From: Chloroflexota bacterium
GTDB taxonomy: Bacteria > Chloroflexota > Anaerolineae > J102
Direction: 5' to 3'
Assembly: GCA_013151415.1 (NCBI GenBank)
Contig: JAADII010000169.1
Coordinates: 2,545 to 66,544, forward strand
DNA: 64,000 nt
Position numbers and translations under genes: made by a program. The notes beneath the pieces are model-generated. The model was not told the origin of the DNA. It saw only the letters and a program-made list of their open reading frames with translations, and searched no databases. Positions 50,066 through 61,401 of this stretch are shown here, piece after piece. Within the stretch, counting starts at the first letter, position 1. Each line of letters begins with the position of its first letter.

Positions 50066-50911
50066 TCATGAAAACAGGAAGATAAGACTACCGAAGATTA
50101 AGGCGTCGGCCACCGCAGCCAGCAGAACTTGGGAAGACGAGCGCGCATCCACCAACACTGGCGTCAGTCCCCGCCATTCAAGGCGCAGCACCGGCCCTGC
50201 AAACCAGGCGAACACAAGCCCGCCCAGCAGTCCGCCCATGTGGCCCCAATTGTCGATGCCGGGCGAGAGGCCAATGAGAAAATTGATCCCGGCCACAACC
50301 GCGATATTGATGATGGCGCGCTGAGTTCGCTCTCCACCGAAAAAATCGCGATTATGATAGAGCAGCGCGCCCTGCGCGGCGAGAAGGCCAAAAACGGCCG
50401 TGGACGCGCCAAGCGATGGTTGAGGAGTGAAGATCATGGAAAAGACATTGCCCGCGAACCCGCCCAACAGGTACAACAGCAAAAAACGCCAGGGCCCATA
50501 GAAGCGCTCTAAACCCGGGCCCAGAATGTATAGCGCGTACATGTTGAAGCCAATGTGCATGAGCGAACCGTGCAGCAGGATGGGCGTGATGAGCCGCCAA
50601 TATTGACCCGCGGCAATAAGTTCGTTGGATTTGATCCCCAATCCGGCGGGAAGGTCGAACCCATAGACGTTTTCGCTCAGCCATTGCAACAGATAAACCA
50701 CAACCGTGACGCCCATGATCGCATAGGTCATCCTGGGCGAACGGCCAGATGCGCCCAGCGTCATATGAATGGGAGATTCCGCGGCGACGGACTCGTCGGG
50801 CGGTTCAGGAGGCGTTGTTTGATACATGAGAAAAAGGGGAGAAGGAGCGGCGCATAAAGCCGACGTCAGGGAAAAGAATGATTGAACGCATGCCAATAGA
50901 CTCTGCGCCAT
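50066..50911 (-). CDS. Rhomboid-family intramembrane serine protease
   Basis: Ser motif GASTAVFGLL, His motif WGHMGGLLGG, and 6-7 TM segments. The start is ambiguous (50911 or the internal Met at 50827). Confidence 0.65.
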   Translation of the reverse strand: MAQSLLACVQSFFSLTSALCAAPSPLFLMYQTTPPEPPDESVAAESPIHMTLGASGRSPRMTYAIMGVTVVVYLLQWLSENVYGFDLPAGLGIKSNELIAAGQYWRLITPILLHGSLMHIGFNMYALYILGPGLERFYGPWRFLLLYLLGGFAGNVFSMIFTPQPSLGASTAVFGLLAAQGALLYHNRDFFGGERTQRAIINIAVVAGINFLIGLSPGIDNWGHMGGLLGGLVFAWFAGPVLRLEWRGLTPVLVDARSSSQVLLAAVADALIFGSLIFLFS

Positions 50912-51099
50912 TGTACCAGGAAAGCCCGCTTGCGCCCAACAAGCGTTGAATCAATGGCAAAACTTCCCCGCGAGCGACAAATTGCTTATACTTGCAGAGT
51001 CACTCTCAAACAACAGAGAGTCATCCATCGTTGACAATGATTTTTCAATGCGCATTGCCGGCCCCTGATCAATGAATCGCGCCGGCCAATGGAGGCCTT

Positions 51100-52407
51100 A
51101 TGCGGGCGGTAGATATCATCCAACGAAAACGAGACGGCGAGGAACTCAGCGCCGATGAGATCGATTTCTTCATTCAGGGTTATACGCGCGGCGATATCCC
51201 CGATTATCAGGCCGCGGCCTGGTGCATGGCGGTCTATTTTCAGGGTATGACCCATCGCGAGACCACCGACCTCACCCTGAGCATGGCGCGTTCGGGTCGT
51301 CAATTGGACCTGAGCGATGTGGCCGACGTGGTGGCCGACAAGCATTCAACCGGCGGCGTGGGAGATAAAGTGACGCTGATATTAGGGCCGATGGTGGCCG
51401 CGGCTGGGCAACCGGTGGGCAAAATGTCGGGACGAGGATTGGGCTTTTCGGGCGGCACTCTTGATAAGCTTGAATCCATTCCCGGTTGGTCGCCCGAGCT
51501 AAGCACCCAGGCGTTCAAAGAGCAGCTTCGACGTGTTGGGCTGGTGGTCGCGGGCCAAACCGAAGACCTGGCCCCGGCCGATAAGAAGCTTTACGCTCTA
51601 CGCGACGTGACGGCCACGGTCCCCAGCCTGCCCCTCATCGCCTCATCCGTCATGTCGAAAAAGCTTGCGGCCGGCGCTCATGTGATATTGCTAGATGTCA
51701 AAGTGGGCGAAGGCGCATTTATGCGCACCCTTGAGCGGGCGGTCGAATTGGCCGAAATCATGGTGGCCATTGGCAAACTCGCCGGACGAAAAGTGGCCGC
51801 GCGGGTCACCGATATGAACCAGCCCTTGGGCAGGGCCGTGGGCAACGCGTTGGAAGTGAAAGAAGCGATAGCCACGCTGCGCGGCCAAGGCCCCGACGAC
51901 CTAACCAGGCTGCTGGTGGCCGAGGCGGGGCATCTTCTACATATGTGCGGCAAAGTCGCGAGCGAGGAGGAGGGTGAGGCCAGAGCCCGCCGCACACTGG
52001 AAGATGGGCGCGCTCTGGCCAAATTTCGCGCGTTCGTCGAAGCTCAGGGCGGCGACCCAACCGTGGTGGAGAAGCCCGACCGCCTGCTGCCCAAAGCGGA
52101 TGTCGTCCGTCCTCTCCTTTCCCCGCGCGACGGATGGCTGAGTCGGGTCAACGCGCGCACGTTTGGCGAGGTGACCGTGCACCTGGGCGGAGGACGCGAA
52201 CGCAAGGGAGACCCCATTGACCACTCGGTTGGCATTGTGCTTGCGGCCAAAATTGGCGACCGCATCGAACAGGGCCAACCGCTCTGCTATATTCACGCCC
52301 GCACCGAAACCGAAGCGCAAACGGCCGCCGAAGCCCTGCTTGAAGCTTACGATTGGTCCGAAACGCCTGTCGCGCCGCCGCGGCTGATTAAGCGCACAAT
52401 CCGATGA
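51100..52407 (+). CDS. Thymidine/pyrimidine-nucleoside phosphorylase
   Basis: [19 protein letters not shown] phosphate-binding motif. 435 aa. Confidence 0.85.
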   Translation: MRAVDIIQRKRDGEELSADEIDFFIQGYTRGDIPDYQAAAWCMAVYFQGMTHRETTDLTLSMARSGRQLDLSDVADVVADKHSTGGVGDKVTLILGPMVAAAGQPVGKMSGRGLGFSGGTLDKLESIPGWSPELSTQAFKEQLRRVGLVVAGQTEDLAPADKKLYALRDVTATVPSLPLIASSVMSKKLAAGAHVILLDVKVGEGAFMRTLERAVELAEIMVAIGKLAGRKVAARVTDMNQPLGRAVGNALEVKEAIATLRGQGPDDLTRLLVAEAGHLLHMCGKVASEEEGEARARRTLEDGRALAKFRAFVEAQGGDPTVVEKPDRLLPKADVVRPLLSPRDGWLSRVNARTFGEVTVHLGGGRERKGDPIDHSVGIVLAAKIGDRIEQGQPLCYIHARTETEAQTAAEALLEAYDWSETPVAPPRLIKRTIR

Positions 52408-52526
52408 AACGCTCATATCGCGCACCGGCTTCGCGCGCATGGACGAAAAAAACTTCACGCTTCTTAAAACAACTCAAACAAACACCTATCAGCCGTCTCA
52501 AGACTCAAAAAAGAGGAGAGTTCTCC

Positions 52527-53714
52527 ATGATGGAGACACACAGTGCAGTCATCATTTCTGGCGCTCGAACGCCCATCGGCAAATTCAACGGCAGCTTCAA
52601 GGATGTTCCAGCCCCTGTATTGGGGGGCTACGCGATTCGGGCGGCCATCGAACGCGCCGGCATCGACGCCAATGAGATCGACGAGATATTCATGGGGCAC
52701 GTCATCCAAGCGGGAGCGGGCATGGCCCCGGCGCGACAAGCGGCGCTCCATGCAGGCGCGCCAACCAGCGTGGGGGCGGTCACCATTAACAAAGTGTGCG
52801 GCTCGGGACTGCGCGCGGTGATGATGGCCGCCAGCGCAATTCGCGGAGGTGAAGGTCGACTCTATGTGGCCGGCGGCATGGAGAATATGAACCTGGGGCC
52901 TTATTTGATCCCCCGCGCGCGATTTGGCTATCGTCTCGGCAACGCGGAAATCATCGACGCCACCGTATACGACGGACTGACCGATCCCATTCATCACCAT
53001 CATATGGGCGCGTCGGCCGAATGGCTGGCCGAAACTTTTGGGGTGAGTCGACAGGCGCAAGACCAGTTCGCCTTACAAAGTCATCGACGCGCGGCCGCAG
53101 CCATCGATGCTGGTCGTCTGTCCGCGGAAATTACGCCAGTGGTCGTGCCCAGCGGCAAAGGGGAGACATATGTTCGCGAGGATGAACCTGTGCGTCGCGA
53201 CACCAGTCTGGAAAAGCTGGCGCGGTTGCGGCCCGTGTTCAAGGAAAATGGCACAGTCACTGCGGGCAACGCGCCGCCCATCACCGACGGAGCGGCCGCT
53301 CTGGTAATCATGGAAGAAATCGCGGCTCGCGCCGAAGGGCTGAATCCAATGGCTCGCATCGTCGCCTATGGTTATCACGCCGTCGAGCCCTTGAAGCTTT
53401 TCACCGCGCCGCCATACGCGGTGCGCAAAGTGTTGGAAAAGGCGGGATGGCGCATCGAAGATGTGGATCTGTTCGAGATCAATGAAGCCTTCGCCGCGCA
53501 AATGGTGCACAACATTCGCGACTTGGGCGTGGATCCGGCCAAAGTCAATGTAAATGGAGGAGCCATTGCTTTAGGACATCCACTGGGCGCAAGCGGCGCG
53601 CGCGTGTTGGTCACATTGCTCTACGCATTGCAAGACCGAGGACTTCGTCGCGGCGTGGCTGCGCTTTGCCTGGGCGGCGGCGAGGCCGTCGCCATGGCCA
53701 TTGAAATGATCTGA
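52527..53714 (+). CDS. Acetyl-CoA C-acetyltransferase (thiolase II)
   Basis: Start MMETHSAVIISGARTPIG with a GAGGAG RBS. Active-site Cys in NKVCGSGLRAV, and the C-terminal NVNGGAIALGHPLGASGAR plus CLGGGEAVAM. Confidence 0.85.
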   Translation: MMETHSAVIISGARTPIGKFNGSFKDVPAPVLGGYAIRAAIERAGIDANEIDEIFMGHVIQAGAGMAPARQAALHAGAPTSVGAVTINKVCGSGLRAVMMAASAIRGGEGRLYVAGGMENMNLGPYLIPRARFGYRLGNAEIIDATVYDGLTDPIHHHHMGASAEWLAETFGVSRQAQDQFALQSHRRAAAAIDAGRLSAEITPVVVPSGKGETYVREDEPVRRDTSLEKLARLRPVFKENGTVTAGNAPPITDGAAALVIMEEIAARAEGLNPMARIVAYGYHAVEPLKLFTAPPYAVRKVLEKAGWRIEDVDLFEINEAFAAQMVHNIRDLGVDPAKVNVNGGAIALGHPLGASGARVLVTLLYALQDRGLRRGVAALCLGGGEAVAMAIEMI

Positions 53715-53772
53715 CGAACCGTGCATCACGACCTATCCGGCCAACTTCACACGCTATCTGCAAAAGCCGCGT

Positions 53773-54594
53773 ATGCATGAAACATTGCCCATCGCCATCG
53801 TCTTGCCCCATGCCGGCCAACGCATCCCGCAAGAGGTCGAAAACCGACTGGCATTGAGCGAAGTCGATATTTTCAATGAAGCCGACATTTACACCGAGAT
53901 GCTGTTCGATTTTCGAGAGCGCGTGCGTCATTGGCTATACTTTCCTTATGCGCGGGCCGTCATCGATGTAAACCGACCCGACAACAAGGCCCTAACGCGA
54001 CCGGGCGATGGCATTGTCAAGCGCATCACCAGTTATAGAAAGCCGGTCTACCGTTGCGGCAAGGAGCCCGACGCCGAATTGGAAAAGGCGCTGATCGAAC
54101 GCTACTGGCGACCCTGGCATCAACGGTTGGCCGAGCTGGCGCGCGACTCGAATATCAAGTTGGTGCTCGATTGCCACAGCATGGCCGCAGTTGGTCCCAA
54201 ACACTATGATGACCCGAACGCATTGCGGCCGCGCGCCTGCGTAAGCAACCTGGGAGACGCCAACGGCGAAATGGAGGAACAACGGGCCCGGTTATCGTCG
54301 CGGCCCGATGCCGCGCGCACCCTGGCGGCAGCACTGGCCGCGGTTCTGGCCGACGCGCCCGCGCTCGCCCGCACCGGCGAACCGGTTCGCATCAATTCCC
54401 CTTTTCGGGGCGGTTGGGATATCTGGGCGCATGGCGGCCGACATCAGGCCTGGTTCATGTTGGAGATCAGCCGAGCGCTATATGTGGGCGAGCAAAACGC
54501 CCACACCCCGGTGCGGCCGCCAAACCTGGAGCGCCTTGCCGACCTGCGCGAGCGAATTTGGAAAGCCATTGTAACCGCATACGAGCGCTTGTAA
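53773..54594 (+). CDS. N-formylglutamate amidohydrolase-family protein
   Basis: HAGQRIP and LDCHSM motifs typical of the FGase family. Confidence 0.6.
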   Translation: MHETLPIAIVLPHAGQRIPQEVENRLALSEVDIFNEADIYTEMLFDFRERVRHWLYFPYARAVIDVNRPDNKALTRPGDGIVKRITSYRKPVYRCGKEPDAELEKALIERYWRPWHQRLAELARDSNIKLVLDCHSMAAVGPKHYDDPNALRPRACVSNLGDANGEMEEQRARLSSRPDAARTLAAALAAVLADAPALARTGEPVRINSPFRGGWDIWAHGGRHQAWFMLEISRALYVGEQNAHTPVRPPNLERLADLRERIWKAIVTAYERL

Positions 54595-54614
54595 AGCTCT
54601 CCCGTCCATTCCTG

Positions 54615-55364
54615 ATGCCTCACCTCACCCTCACCACACACAGCGTCTATTTTGAAAGCCGGGGCGAAGGCCCGCCCGTTGTCTTGCTCCATCATGCCAC
54701 GGCGTCTTCGAGCAATTGGCGCAAACAAATTCCGGCGCTGGTGCAAGCCGGTTTCCGGGCCATTGTCTACGACCGCCGCGGTTTTGGACGATCCGACCCG
54801 TGGCCGCGCTGGCCGCTGGATTATCATCAACACGGCGTGAAGGAGTTGGTCGCGCTGATGGACGCACTGGCCATTGATCGCGCGCATCTGGTGGGGCACA
54901 GCGACGGCGCCACCATCAGCCTGATGACGGCCGCGCAGCATGCCCATCGCGTGGCCGCGGTTGTGGCCGAAGCCCCGCATATGTGGATCGAACCAGACTG
55001 GCTGGATAGCGGATTCGAGACCTTCCGACAAACCGTGGGCCGTTCAGAACGCTTTTGGGCTGCATTGCGCCGCGACCACGGCGATCGGGCGGAAGAAGTG
55101 GTCGAACGTTGGCGCGGCCGTTGGCTAGACCCGGCCTTCCGCTCGTGGGATGTAAGCGAGTATCTGCCGCGCATCGCTTGCCCGGTGCTGGTGATTCATG
55201 GCGCGCAAGATGTTTTTTTCCCCATATCTCATAGCCAAACCATCGCCGAAGCCATCCCCCAAAGCGAATTTTGGCTCTTGGAGGACGCCGGACACACGCC
55301 GCATCTCGAAAAGACCGAATTATTCACTCAACGGCTAATCGCCTTCTTGCGCCATGTTTCATAG
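54615..55364 (+). CDS. Alpha/beta-fold hydrolase
   Basis: Start MPHLTL. HGxxxSxxxW-type N-terminus. Nucleophile elbow GHSDG. Confidence 0.7.
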   Translation: MPHLTLTTHSVYFESRGEGPPVVLLHHATASSSNWRKQIPALVQAGFRAIVYDRRGFGRSDPWPRWPLDYHQHGVKELVALMDALAIDRAHLVGHSDGATISLMTAAQHAHRVAAVVAEAPHMWIEPDWLDSGFETFRQTVGRSERFWAALRRDHGDRAEEVVERWRGRWLDPAFRSWDVSEYLPRIACPVLVIHGAQDVFFPISHSQTIAEAIPQSEFWLLEDAGHTPHLEKTELFTQRLIAFLRHVS

Positions 55365-55461
55365 CGGTTTTGGCCGCGCATGCGTTTCGAGACCGAAACA
55401 ACATGCCACAGAGCCTGATCGATAGCGCACAGGTTGCGCGCGTGTTTGCTGAAACATAACC

Positions 55462-56280
55462 ATGCCTTTTATTGATACAACACGAGGACGGTTTTTCTAC
55501 CGGCTCGCTACGGGAACGGACCCAACGCTCATTTTCCTACACGGAAACCTGGGAAACTCGCTTTGGTGGCGGCCTGTGCTTGATTTGCTGCCCGAGGGTT
55601 GGCGCGGCATTGCTTACGACGCCATCGGTTTCGGACATTCCGAACGCACAAACCTCTGGGATCGCTATACGATTCCGGCCCTGGCGGCGGATTTGGCGGC
55701 CCTGCTCGAAGCGCTGGTCGCGACGCGCGTGCATTTGGTGGCGCACAGCACATCCGCGCCCGTGGCTTTGGAATTCGCGTGGACTCATCCCACGCGCGTG
55801 GCCACCCTAACGCTGGTGGGGCCTCCGCCCGCAAGCGGGAGCCAAACTCCGGCTGAAGCTTTTCCCTTGCTCGAACGCCTGCCTCGCGATGCTCAAATGC
55901 TCAAACGAGCGTTGGCTGCATCTGCGCCCAGTCTCGATCCCGAATCCCCTCGATTCGCCCAATTGATGGAGGAGGCCGCGAAGATCGACGGCATGGCTCT
56001 GGTGGCCATTGCTCGCGGGCTCGACGCCTGGGAGCCGGGCGAGCGTCTGCGCGAGCTAACCCTGCCCGTGTTGCTGGTGCGCGGGGAAAAGGATATTATG
56101 CTCGACGAGGAGGAGGCTCACCACACCCTGCTTAGCATTCCCGGAGCCAATCATTTGGAAGTCTTTCGCTCGGTGGGCCATAGCCCAATGCTCGAGACTC
56201 CAAACGCGTTCACCGAGGCCTTGGTTGCGTTCATCGCCGAAGATTGGGAATATTACGAGGCTGCGAAATCCGCGCTCTGA
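55462..56280 (+). CDS. Alpha/beta-fold hydrolase (second paralog-like copy)
   Basis: LIFLHGNLGNSLWW and the nucleophile elbow AHSTS. Confidence 0.7.
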   Translation: MPFIDTTRGRFFYRLATGTDPTLIFLHGNLGNSLWWRPVLDLLPEGWRGIAYDAIGFGHSERTNLWDRYTIPALAADLAALLEALVATRVHLVAHSTSAPVALEFAWTHPTRVATLTLVGPPPASGSQTPAEAFPLLERLPRDAQMLKRALAASAPSLDPESPRFAQLMEEAAKIDGMALVAIARGLDAWEPGERLRELTLPVLLVRGEKDIMLDEEEAHHTLLSIPGANHLEVFRSVGHSPMLETPNAFTEALVAFIAEDWEYYEAAKSAL

Positions 56281-56398
56281 GCGATTGCCACCCGTTTCTA
56301 TTCACGACGCGCCTCACACCTGGGGAGAAGAGGGGAAGATAAAAAGGCCCCTTACTACATATTCACACCGAACCGAGAGCAACGCGCGTCGCGGGCCG

Positions 56399-57400
56399 CT
56401 ATCCATAACGCGCAAAGTCGAGCAATTCGTTTAGATCGCAAGTGGCCAGACCAATGACATGATCGCCGCCCCCATAAAATACGTAAACCCGACCATCGAC
56501 CACGGGATTGGCGCAAGAGAAGACAACATTGGGCACATCGCCGCGCAATTCCCACAATTCTTCCGGTTCGAAAATGGGCTCGCGCGGTCGATTGATAACC
56601 TGTGTGGGGTCCTCTAAATCGACCAGACAGACGCCAAATTTATAGATTCGGTCTTCGTTGTATCCATGATTGATGAGCAGCCACCCATGTTCGGTTTCGA
56701 TGGGGACGCCATTGCCACCCACGCTCTTGCTGTCCCAAGCCATTGGATCGTCGGAGCGAGGTCCGTAGACCATGGCCATGTCCTCCTCGCGCCAGGTCAA
56801 CAGATCATCCGAATAGGCGATCCAGACATTGGGCCAGCGACGATGCAATGCGGCGAAACGTCCATTGATCTTACGAGGGAAGAGCGCGTGATCTTTGTTG
56901 TTTTCTCCGCGCACAATGGGGCCGATGGGCTCCCAAACAATAAGATTGCGACTACGCGCGATCATGGGCAGAATGCCGCCGCCTAGATGCGTGGGTTCGC
57001 CCTTGCCGGTGAAAGTGCGGCCATAGGCCGTGTAACACATATAAAAAACGCCGTCGATTTCCGTCACGCGCGGGTCCTCAATCCCGCGCGAGTCGGTCCC
57101 GTCATCGTCAAAAGGCGCCAACACCGGCTCGCGCATGCGATTCCAACGCACCCCATCCTCGCTCACCGCGTAGCCTATTCGGCTGATCCAATCCAAGCCT
57201 TGGGCGCGATAGTGCATATGAAAGAGACCGTTATGATAAATGACCGCAGGGTTGAAGACGTTGTAGCATTCCCAATCAGAGGTGGGATCGGGGAGAAAGA
57301 TAGGTTGGGAGGAATAGCGTTTCAGTTTCATGACCGGGAACAATGCGATAGGAAAGCTGGGGCGCGAGCGTCCGACTTGATTCGTCTTATCGGGCAGCAC
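56399..57400 (-). CDS. GH130/DUF377-like glycosidase (beta-propeller, phosphorylase-like)
   Basis: [21 protein letters not shown] and multiple [10 protein letters not shown] repeats. The start (GTG at 57400 or the internal MKLKRY) is uncertain. Confidence 0.6.
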   Translation of the reverse strand: MLPDKTNQVGRSRPSFPIALFPVMKLKRYSSQPIFLPDPTSDWECYNVFNPAVIYHNGLFHMHYRAQGLDWISRIGYAVSEDGVRWNRMREPVLAPFDDDGTDSRGIEDPRVTEIDGVFYMCYTAYGRTFTGKGEPTHLGGGILPMIARSRNLIVWEPIGPIVRGENNKDHALFPRKINGRFAALHRRWPNVWIAYSDDLLTWREEDMAMVYGPRSDDPMAWDSKSVGGNGVPIETEHGWLLINHGYNEDRIYKFGVCLVDLEDPTQVINRPREPIFEPEELWELRGDVPNVVFSCANPVVDGRVYVFYGGGDHVIGLATCDLNELLDFARYG

Positions 57401-57457
57401 AAAAGAAAAGCGTTCTCGTGCATCTCGAAGCGTCGCTTCTCAAGATGCATGACGCGC

Positions 57458-59383
57458 TTAGAAAAACGGGCCGAAGAAACGGTATGTCACCAAACTAAAG
57501 GCTGCGAGATAGGCAACAGGGTAGAGCCAAATGGTGTAGTTATCGACAGTTTGAACAAAACCGGTTTTTTCGGCCTGCTCCAAACGCTTGAGCGCCACAT
57601 TGAATAGCACCACAAAAACGCTGATGGCGAAGGTTGTCGTGAGCAGCGTGTCCAGGTAGGTGAGATAGCCAAGCCGCGGGAGATCATCAGAAATGGTGAA
57701 ATTGAAGGCGATAAATAGCAGGAGATTGGCGCTGGTCACATCCACCCGCTTGTTGTAATCCTTGAGAAAGAAAGTGATCCATGACACAAGAATAATCAAT
57801 AAAAGAGGAATGAAAATGCGAAAAATATAGAAATTCAAGTGGCGTCGCATGTTGAAATCGAAGGAGTAGCGCGAGCTCAACGCCTGAGTGGTGGCAATGG
57901 TGGTGGTCACGCTGGCGCTGCTTTCAACAATATACCACTCTTCCTCTCCAAGCTGATCGCCAATCTGGGTGAATTCTGCATCATTTTCAAAGACATAGAA
58001 TTCGGCTGGAAATAAGGAGTCGACGCGAATGAAGAAATGTTGAATATCAAAGGGAAATTGCTTGAAGTTGAAATCAGGAGCCTGGAAAGTGGTGGTGAAA
58101 CGCTCGATGTAAATCGCCCGACCTGTTGGATAAACCACCACGGCTCGATTTTGCACCCAACGATTGCCCTGCTGATTGAACAACGTGAATTCCGGCCACT
58201 TTCCCTCGGCCTCTTGAATGAATTGATTGAACGAGTTGGCGGTGAAAAGCTTGAACTGACAATCGCATGTATCGGGGCTGAAGGCGAGCGCGGGATCGAT
58301 CCATTCCATGCGTAAAGTGGCGACGGCGTCGAAATTTTCGGCCTTCTGGTCTACATTGGTGATCTGCTGTAAACGAATGCCGATTTTGACGGGAATGGGC
58401 GTGTTGAGCACAGGTGAACCCTGGGTTTGAGCCTGGCCATTCAGCACATCAGGCGCGTTCACCCCCACCAACAACCGATATTCTACGGGCGCATCGTCGC
58501 TCTCGCGACAGCAGGCTGTCACGGTCAACTGATAGCCCCGTCCACCCTCATCGAAGACGTATTCCAAAACGGCCGTCTGGGTCGCTCCGCCAAAATTGCC
58601 GCTGGCCACTGGTTTGCCGCCAAAATCGGAGAGCACCAAAGTGGGCCGAAAATCGCCGGAAAGCGGCTCCGCAAAAACATAGAGCGCGTCGCCGGCTTCG
58701 AGAGGGCGCACATCAAAAAAGGTGGAGAAGGAAGGCGGCGAAAGCCTTCCTCGCAGTTCTTGCACGCGCGAGCGGCCGGATGCGTCCGCCAATTGAAGCG
58801 CAATGATTTCATCGCCGGTCGCTTGCGCCTCTCCCGTGAGAACGGCGGGCTCATTGATCCCCACCGTCAGCCGGAAACGGCCAAAGCTTTCATGGAAAGG
58901 CGATCCTGTGACGAGCAGCCAATAGTCACCAGATTCAGAAAAAGTATGGCTTAACGACGCCGCGTATCCCGGCCCACCGTCATCGTCCCAGGCGATAAAA
59001 TTGTCGGAGGCGAAAGAATCGAGCATGGCGATGGGGTCTTGACCCTCGGCCAGGGCCCGCCTCACCAATTGCTCGAACTCTTCGCCCAGTTGTCCTTGCA
59101 AATTGCGCTCGACCAAGCCAACAAAGGGATCAAAATTGCCATCGAGGGTCTCCACCCTCACATACAAAGTCTCGCCCGCTTGAATATCGGACAACCGATA
59201 CCACGCGGCTTCATGCGCGGCCAGCTCATGGGTGATGATCTGCACACGCGGCGCGGACTGAGCCCCGGCCCGCAGGGAAAAGCCAAGGCCCGCTATCAGA
59301 GCGAAGACGAGGGAAAGCAGCAAAGAAGAACGGCGCGAAATCACTTGCGATTTCGCCTGGGACAAGCATGAAACGACGTACAC
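57458..59383 (-). CDS. Prokaryotic pentameric ligand-gated ion channel (Cys-loop receptor homolog) with about 300-aa N-terminal tandem-domain extension
   Basis: Ligand-binding-domain beta1-beta2 (VKIGIRLQQITNVDQKAENFDAVATLRMEWIDPAL), Cys-loop-equivalent FPFD motif (FKQFPFDIQHFFIRVDS), and four TM helices M1-M4. The GTG start at 59383 follows AGGAGG. The N-terminal region has two similar about 150-aa beta-rich domains. Confidence 0.75.
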   Translation of the reverse strand: MYVVSCLSQAKSQVISRRSSLLLSLVFALIAGLGFSLRAGAQSAPRVQIITHELAAHEAAWYRLSDIQAGETLYVRVETLDGNFDPFVGLVERNLQGQLGEEFEQLVRRALAEGQDPIAMLDSFASDNFIAWDDDGGPGYAASLSHTFSESGDYWLLVTGSPFHESFGRFRLTVGINEPAVLTGEAQATGDEIIALQLADASGRSRVQELRGRLSPPSFSTFFDVRPLEAGDALYVFAEPLSGDFRPTLVLSDFGGKPVASGNFGGATQTAVLEYVFDEGGRGYQLTVTACCRESDDAPVEYRLLVGVNAPDVLNGQAQTQGSPVLNTPIPVKIGIRLQQITNVDQKAENFDAVATLRMEWIDPALAFSPDTCDCQFKLFTANSFNQFIQEAEGKWPEFTLFNQQGNRWVQNRAVVVYPTGRAIYIERFTTTFQAPDFNFKQFPFDIQHFFIRVDSLFPAEFYVFENDAEFTQIGDQLGEEEWYIVESSASVTTTIATTQALSSRYSFDFNMRRHLNFYIFRIFIPLLLIILVSWITFFLKDYNKRVDVTSANLLLFIAFNFTISDDLPRLGYLTYLDTLLTTTFAISVFVVLFNVALKRLEQAEKTGFVQTVDNYTIWLYPVAYLAAFSLVTYRFFGPFF

Positions 59384-59614
59384 GAGAGCCTCCTGCTGAG
59401 GGATGAAGGGGAGCCTGATTGTACTATGAGTGCGGATTTTTTGCGATCTTAATAGCACATAAGGATTGAAGCGTATGGACAACGCACCATCTCTTATTCT
59501 TCACCCACGGTTCTCTTACATTATGCAAACTTTTCTATGGTAGGGTGGTAGTGTTAAAGTAAACGAGAATAGGCAAACAAGCATAACGATCATCCCCCCA
59601 CTTCTGAGGAAATC

Positions 59615-60397
59615 ATGAATGGATACTTCGATCCTTTGGGCCGACCAACGCGGCCGCCCACCATCGGCGAATTCAACCAGCTGCTACGCGCTTATCGAAA
59701 ACTGAAGGAACAAAACGAAAAGCTGGTCGCGCTTATCAAGGAATATGAGAAAGAGCTGCCTAAAATGCGCGCCGAGGTGGATCAGGCCAAGGCCGAAACC
59801 GATAAACTCCGGTCGCAACTTCGCCAGACCAACGCCGACCTGGCCGAAGCGCGACGCGAGATGACGGAATGGCGTAGACAATTGGAAGAATACAAACGAG
59901 AATTAGAGCAGTATAAAACGCAACTCCGCGAGGCTGCGCCGCCTGAAAACGAGACCGACTGGCGCGAAGGTTATCTGCGACTGCGCGCGGACATGGAAAA
60001 CTACCGACGCCGACAAGCGCAGCGTTTTGAACAGGTTGCACAAGAACACCAGCAACGCATATTGCTCGACATGCTGCCCCTGGCCGATCATTTGGAAATG
60101 GGTTTGCAACATTTGCAAGAGGATGAGGCCGACGACGCCGCAACGCTTCTAAACAATTATCAGGCCAATATTCAAGCCACTTTGCAAGCATTTTTGGATG
60201 CCCTAAAGCGCTACGGCGTTGAACCCATTGCGGCCCAAGGCGAACCCTTTGATCCAGAATTTCATGAGGCCGTGGGGCAAATTTCCAGCGACGACATTCC
60301 CGAAGGCCATGTCGCCCAAGTGCTTCAAACAGGCTACACCATGAATGGGCGGCTCTTGCGGCCTGCGCGGGTGTTGGTCAGTCGCGGGAAAGAGTGA
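59615..60397 (+). CDS. grpE: Nucleotide exchange factor GrpE with long N-terminal coiled coil
   Basis: The GrpE core ([12 protein letters not shown]...PEFHEAV...G) is preceded by about 110 aa of charged coiled coil. Confidence 0.8.
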   Translation: MNGYFDPLGRPTRPPTIGEFNQLLRAYRKLKEQNEKLVALIKEYEKELPKMRAEVDQAKAETDKLRSQLRQTNADLAEARREMTEWRRQLEEYKRELEQYKTQLREAAPPENETDWREGYLRLRADMENYRRRQAQRFEQVAQEHQQRILLDMLPLADHLEMGLQHLQEDEADDAATLLNNYQANIQATLQAFLDALKRYGVEPIAAQGEPFDPEFHEAVGQISSDDIPEGHVAQVLQTGYTMNGRLLRPARVLVSRGKE

Positions 60398-60405
60398 GGA
60401 GGCCA

Positions 60406-61380
60406 ATGGAATACAAGGATTACTATAAAATTCTAGGCGTACCCAAAAACGCGGACGAAAAAACCATCAAACAAGCATATCGTAAACTCGCTCGCACCCT
60501 TCATCCCGACGTGAACCCCGGCGACCCGGAGGCCGAACGCAAGTTCAAAGAGGTCAATGAAGCCTACACCGTGCTCTCGGATCCGGAAAAACGCAAGATG
60601 TACGATCGTTTCGGCGCGCAATGGGAGCAGTATCAGCGCGCGGGCATGAGCCCGGATGCTGCGGGCGCAGGCGCAGGGCCTTCGGGCGCGTACACGCGCA
60701 CCATTACGCCGGAAGAGTTCGAAGAAATCTTTGGCCGAGGCTTCGGCGGATTTTACACCTCGCCCGATATGGGCGGCGTCGGCGGTGATTTCTCCGAGTT
60801 TTTCGATGCGCTCTTCGGCGGCGGCTTTGGCGCGCGCAGAGCCCAACGCGCGCGGCAACCGCGACGCGGTCGCAATATCGAGGCCAATGTCGAGATATCG
60901 CTGGAAGAGGCTTTTCGCGGCGCGACGCGTCTTTTCCAAAAGGACGATGGTCAACGCATCGAGGTGAAAATCCCGCGCGGCGCCGACACCGGCTCACGCG
61001 TGCGCGTCAGCGGCCAGGGCGCGCCCGGCGTCAACGGCGGCCCGCCCGGCGACTTATACCTAAACATTACAGTGCGCCCACACCCCATCTTTCGTCGCGA
61101 GGGCGACAACTTGCGCGTGAAGATTCCGGTGGACCTCTACACGGCCATCCTCGGCGGCGAGGTGCAGGTTCCCACGCTCGAACGACCCGTCATGCTCAAA
61201 ATTCCCGCGGGCACGCAAAACGGCCGCGTGTTCCGGTTGCGCGGGCTGGGCATGCCCAACTTGCGCAATCCCGATAAACGCGGGGATCTCTTGGCCGAAG
61301 TGGAGGTGAAGTTGCCCACAAAACTCACGCCTGAACAACGCCGACTATTCGAACAATTACGCGACATGGCCGCCGGATGA
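60406..61380 (+). CDS. DnaJ-like J-domain co-chaperone lacking the zinc-finger domain (CbpA/class-B-like)
   Basis: J domain DYYKILGV...HPDVNP (HPD), a G/F-rich linker and C-terminal substrate-binding domains. No CxxCxGxG repeats. Confidence 0.8.
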   Translation: MEYKDYYKILGVPKNADEKTIKQAYRKLARTLHPDVNPGDPEAERKFKEVNEAYTVLSDPEKRKMYDRFGAQWEQYQRAGMSPDAAGAGAGPSGAYTRTITPEEFEEIFGRGFGGFYTSPDMGGVGGDFSEFFDALFGGGFGARRAQRARQPRRGRNIEANVEISLEEAFRGATRLFQKDDGQRIEVKIPRGADTGSRVRVSGQGAPGVNGGPPGDLYLNITVRPHPIFRREGDNLRVKIPVDLYTAILGGEVQVPTLERPVMLKIPAGTQNGRVFRLRGLGMPNLRNPDKRGDLLAEVEVKLPTKLTPEQRRLFEQLRDMAAG

Positions 61381-61401
61381 TGAAACCATTTTTAAGGAGT
61401 C

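Noticed and set aside
59483-59614. CIRCE (HrcA) or HAIR (HspR) operator upstream of grpE
   Set aside because: Only a loose GAGTGC...TAGCAC arrangement is present, with the halves in the wrong order. There is no CTTGAGT-N7-ACTCAAG. This was not reported as a feature.
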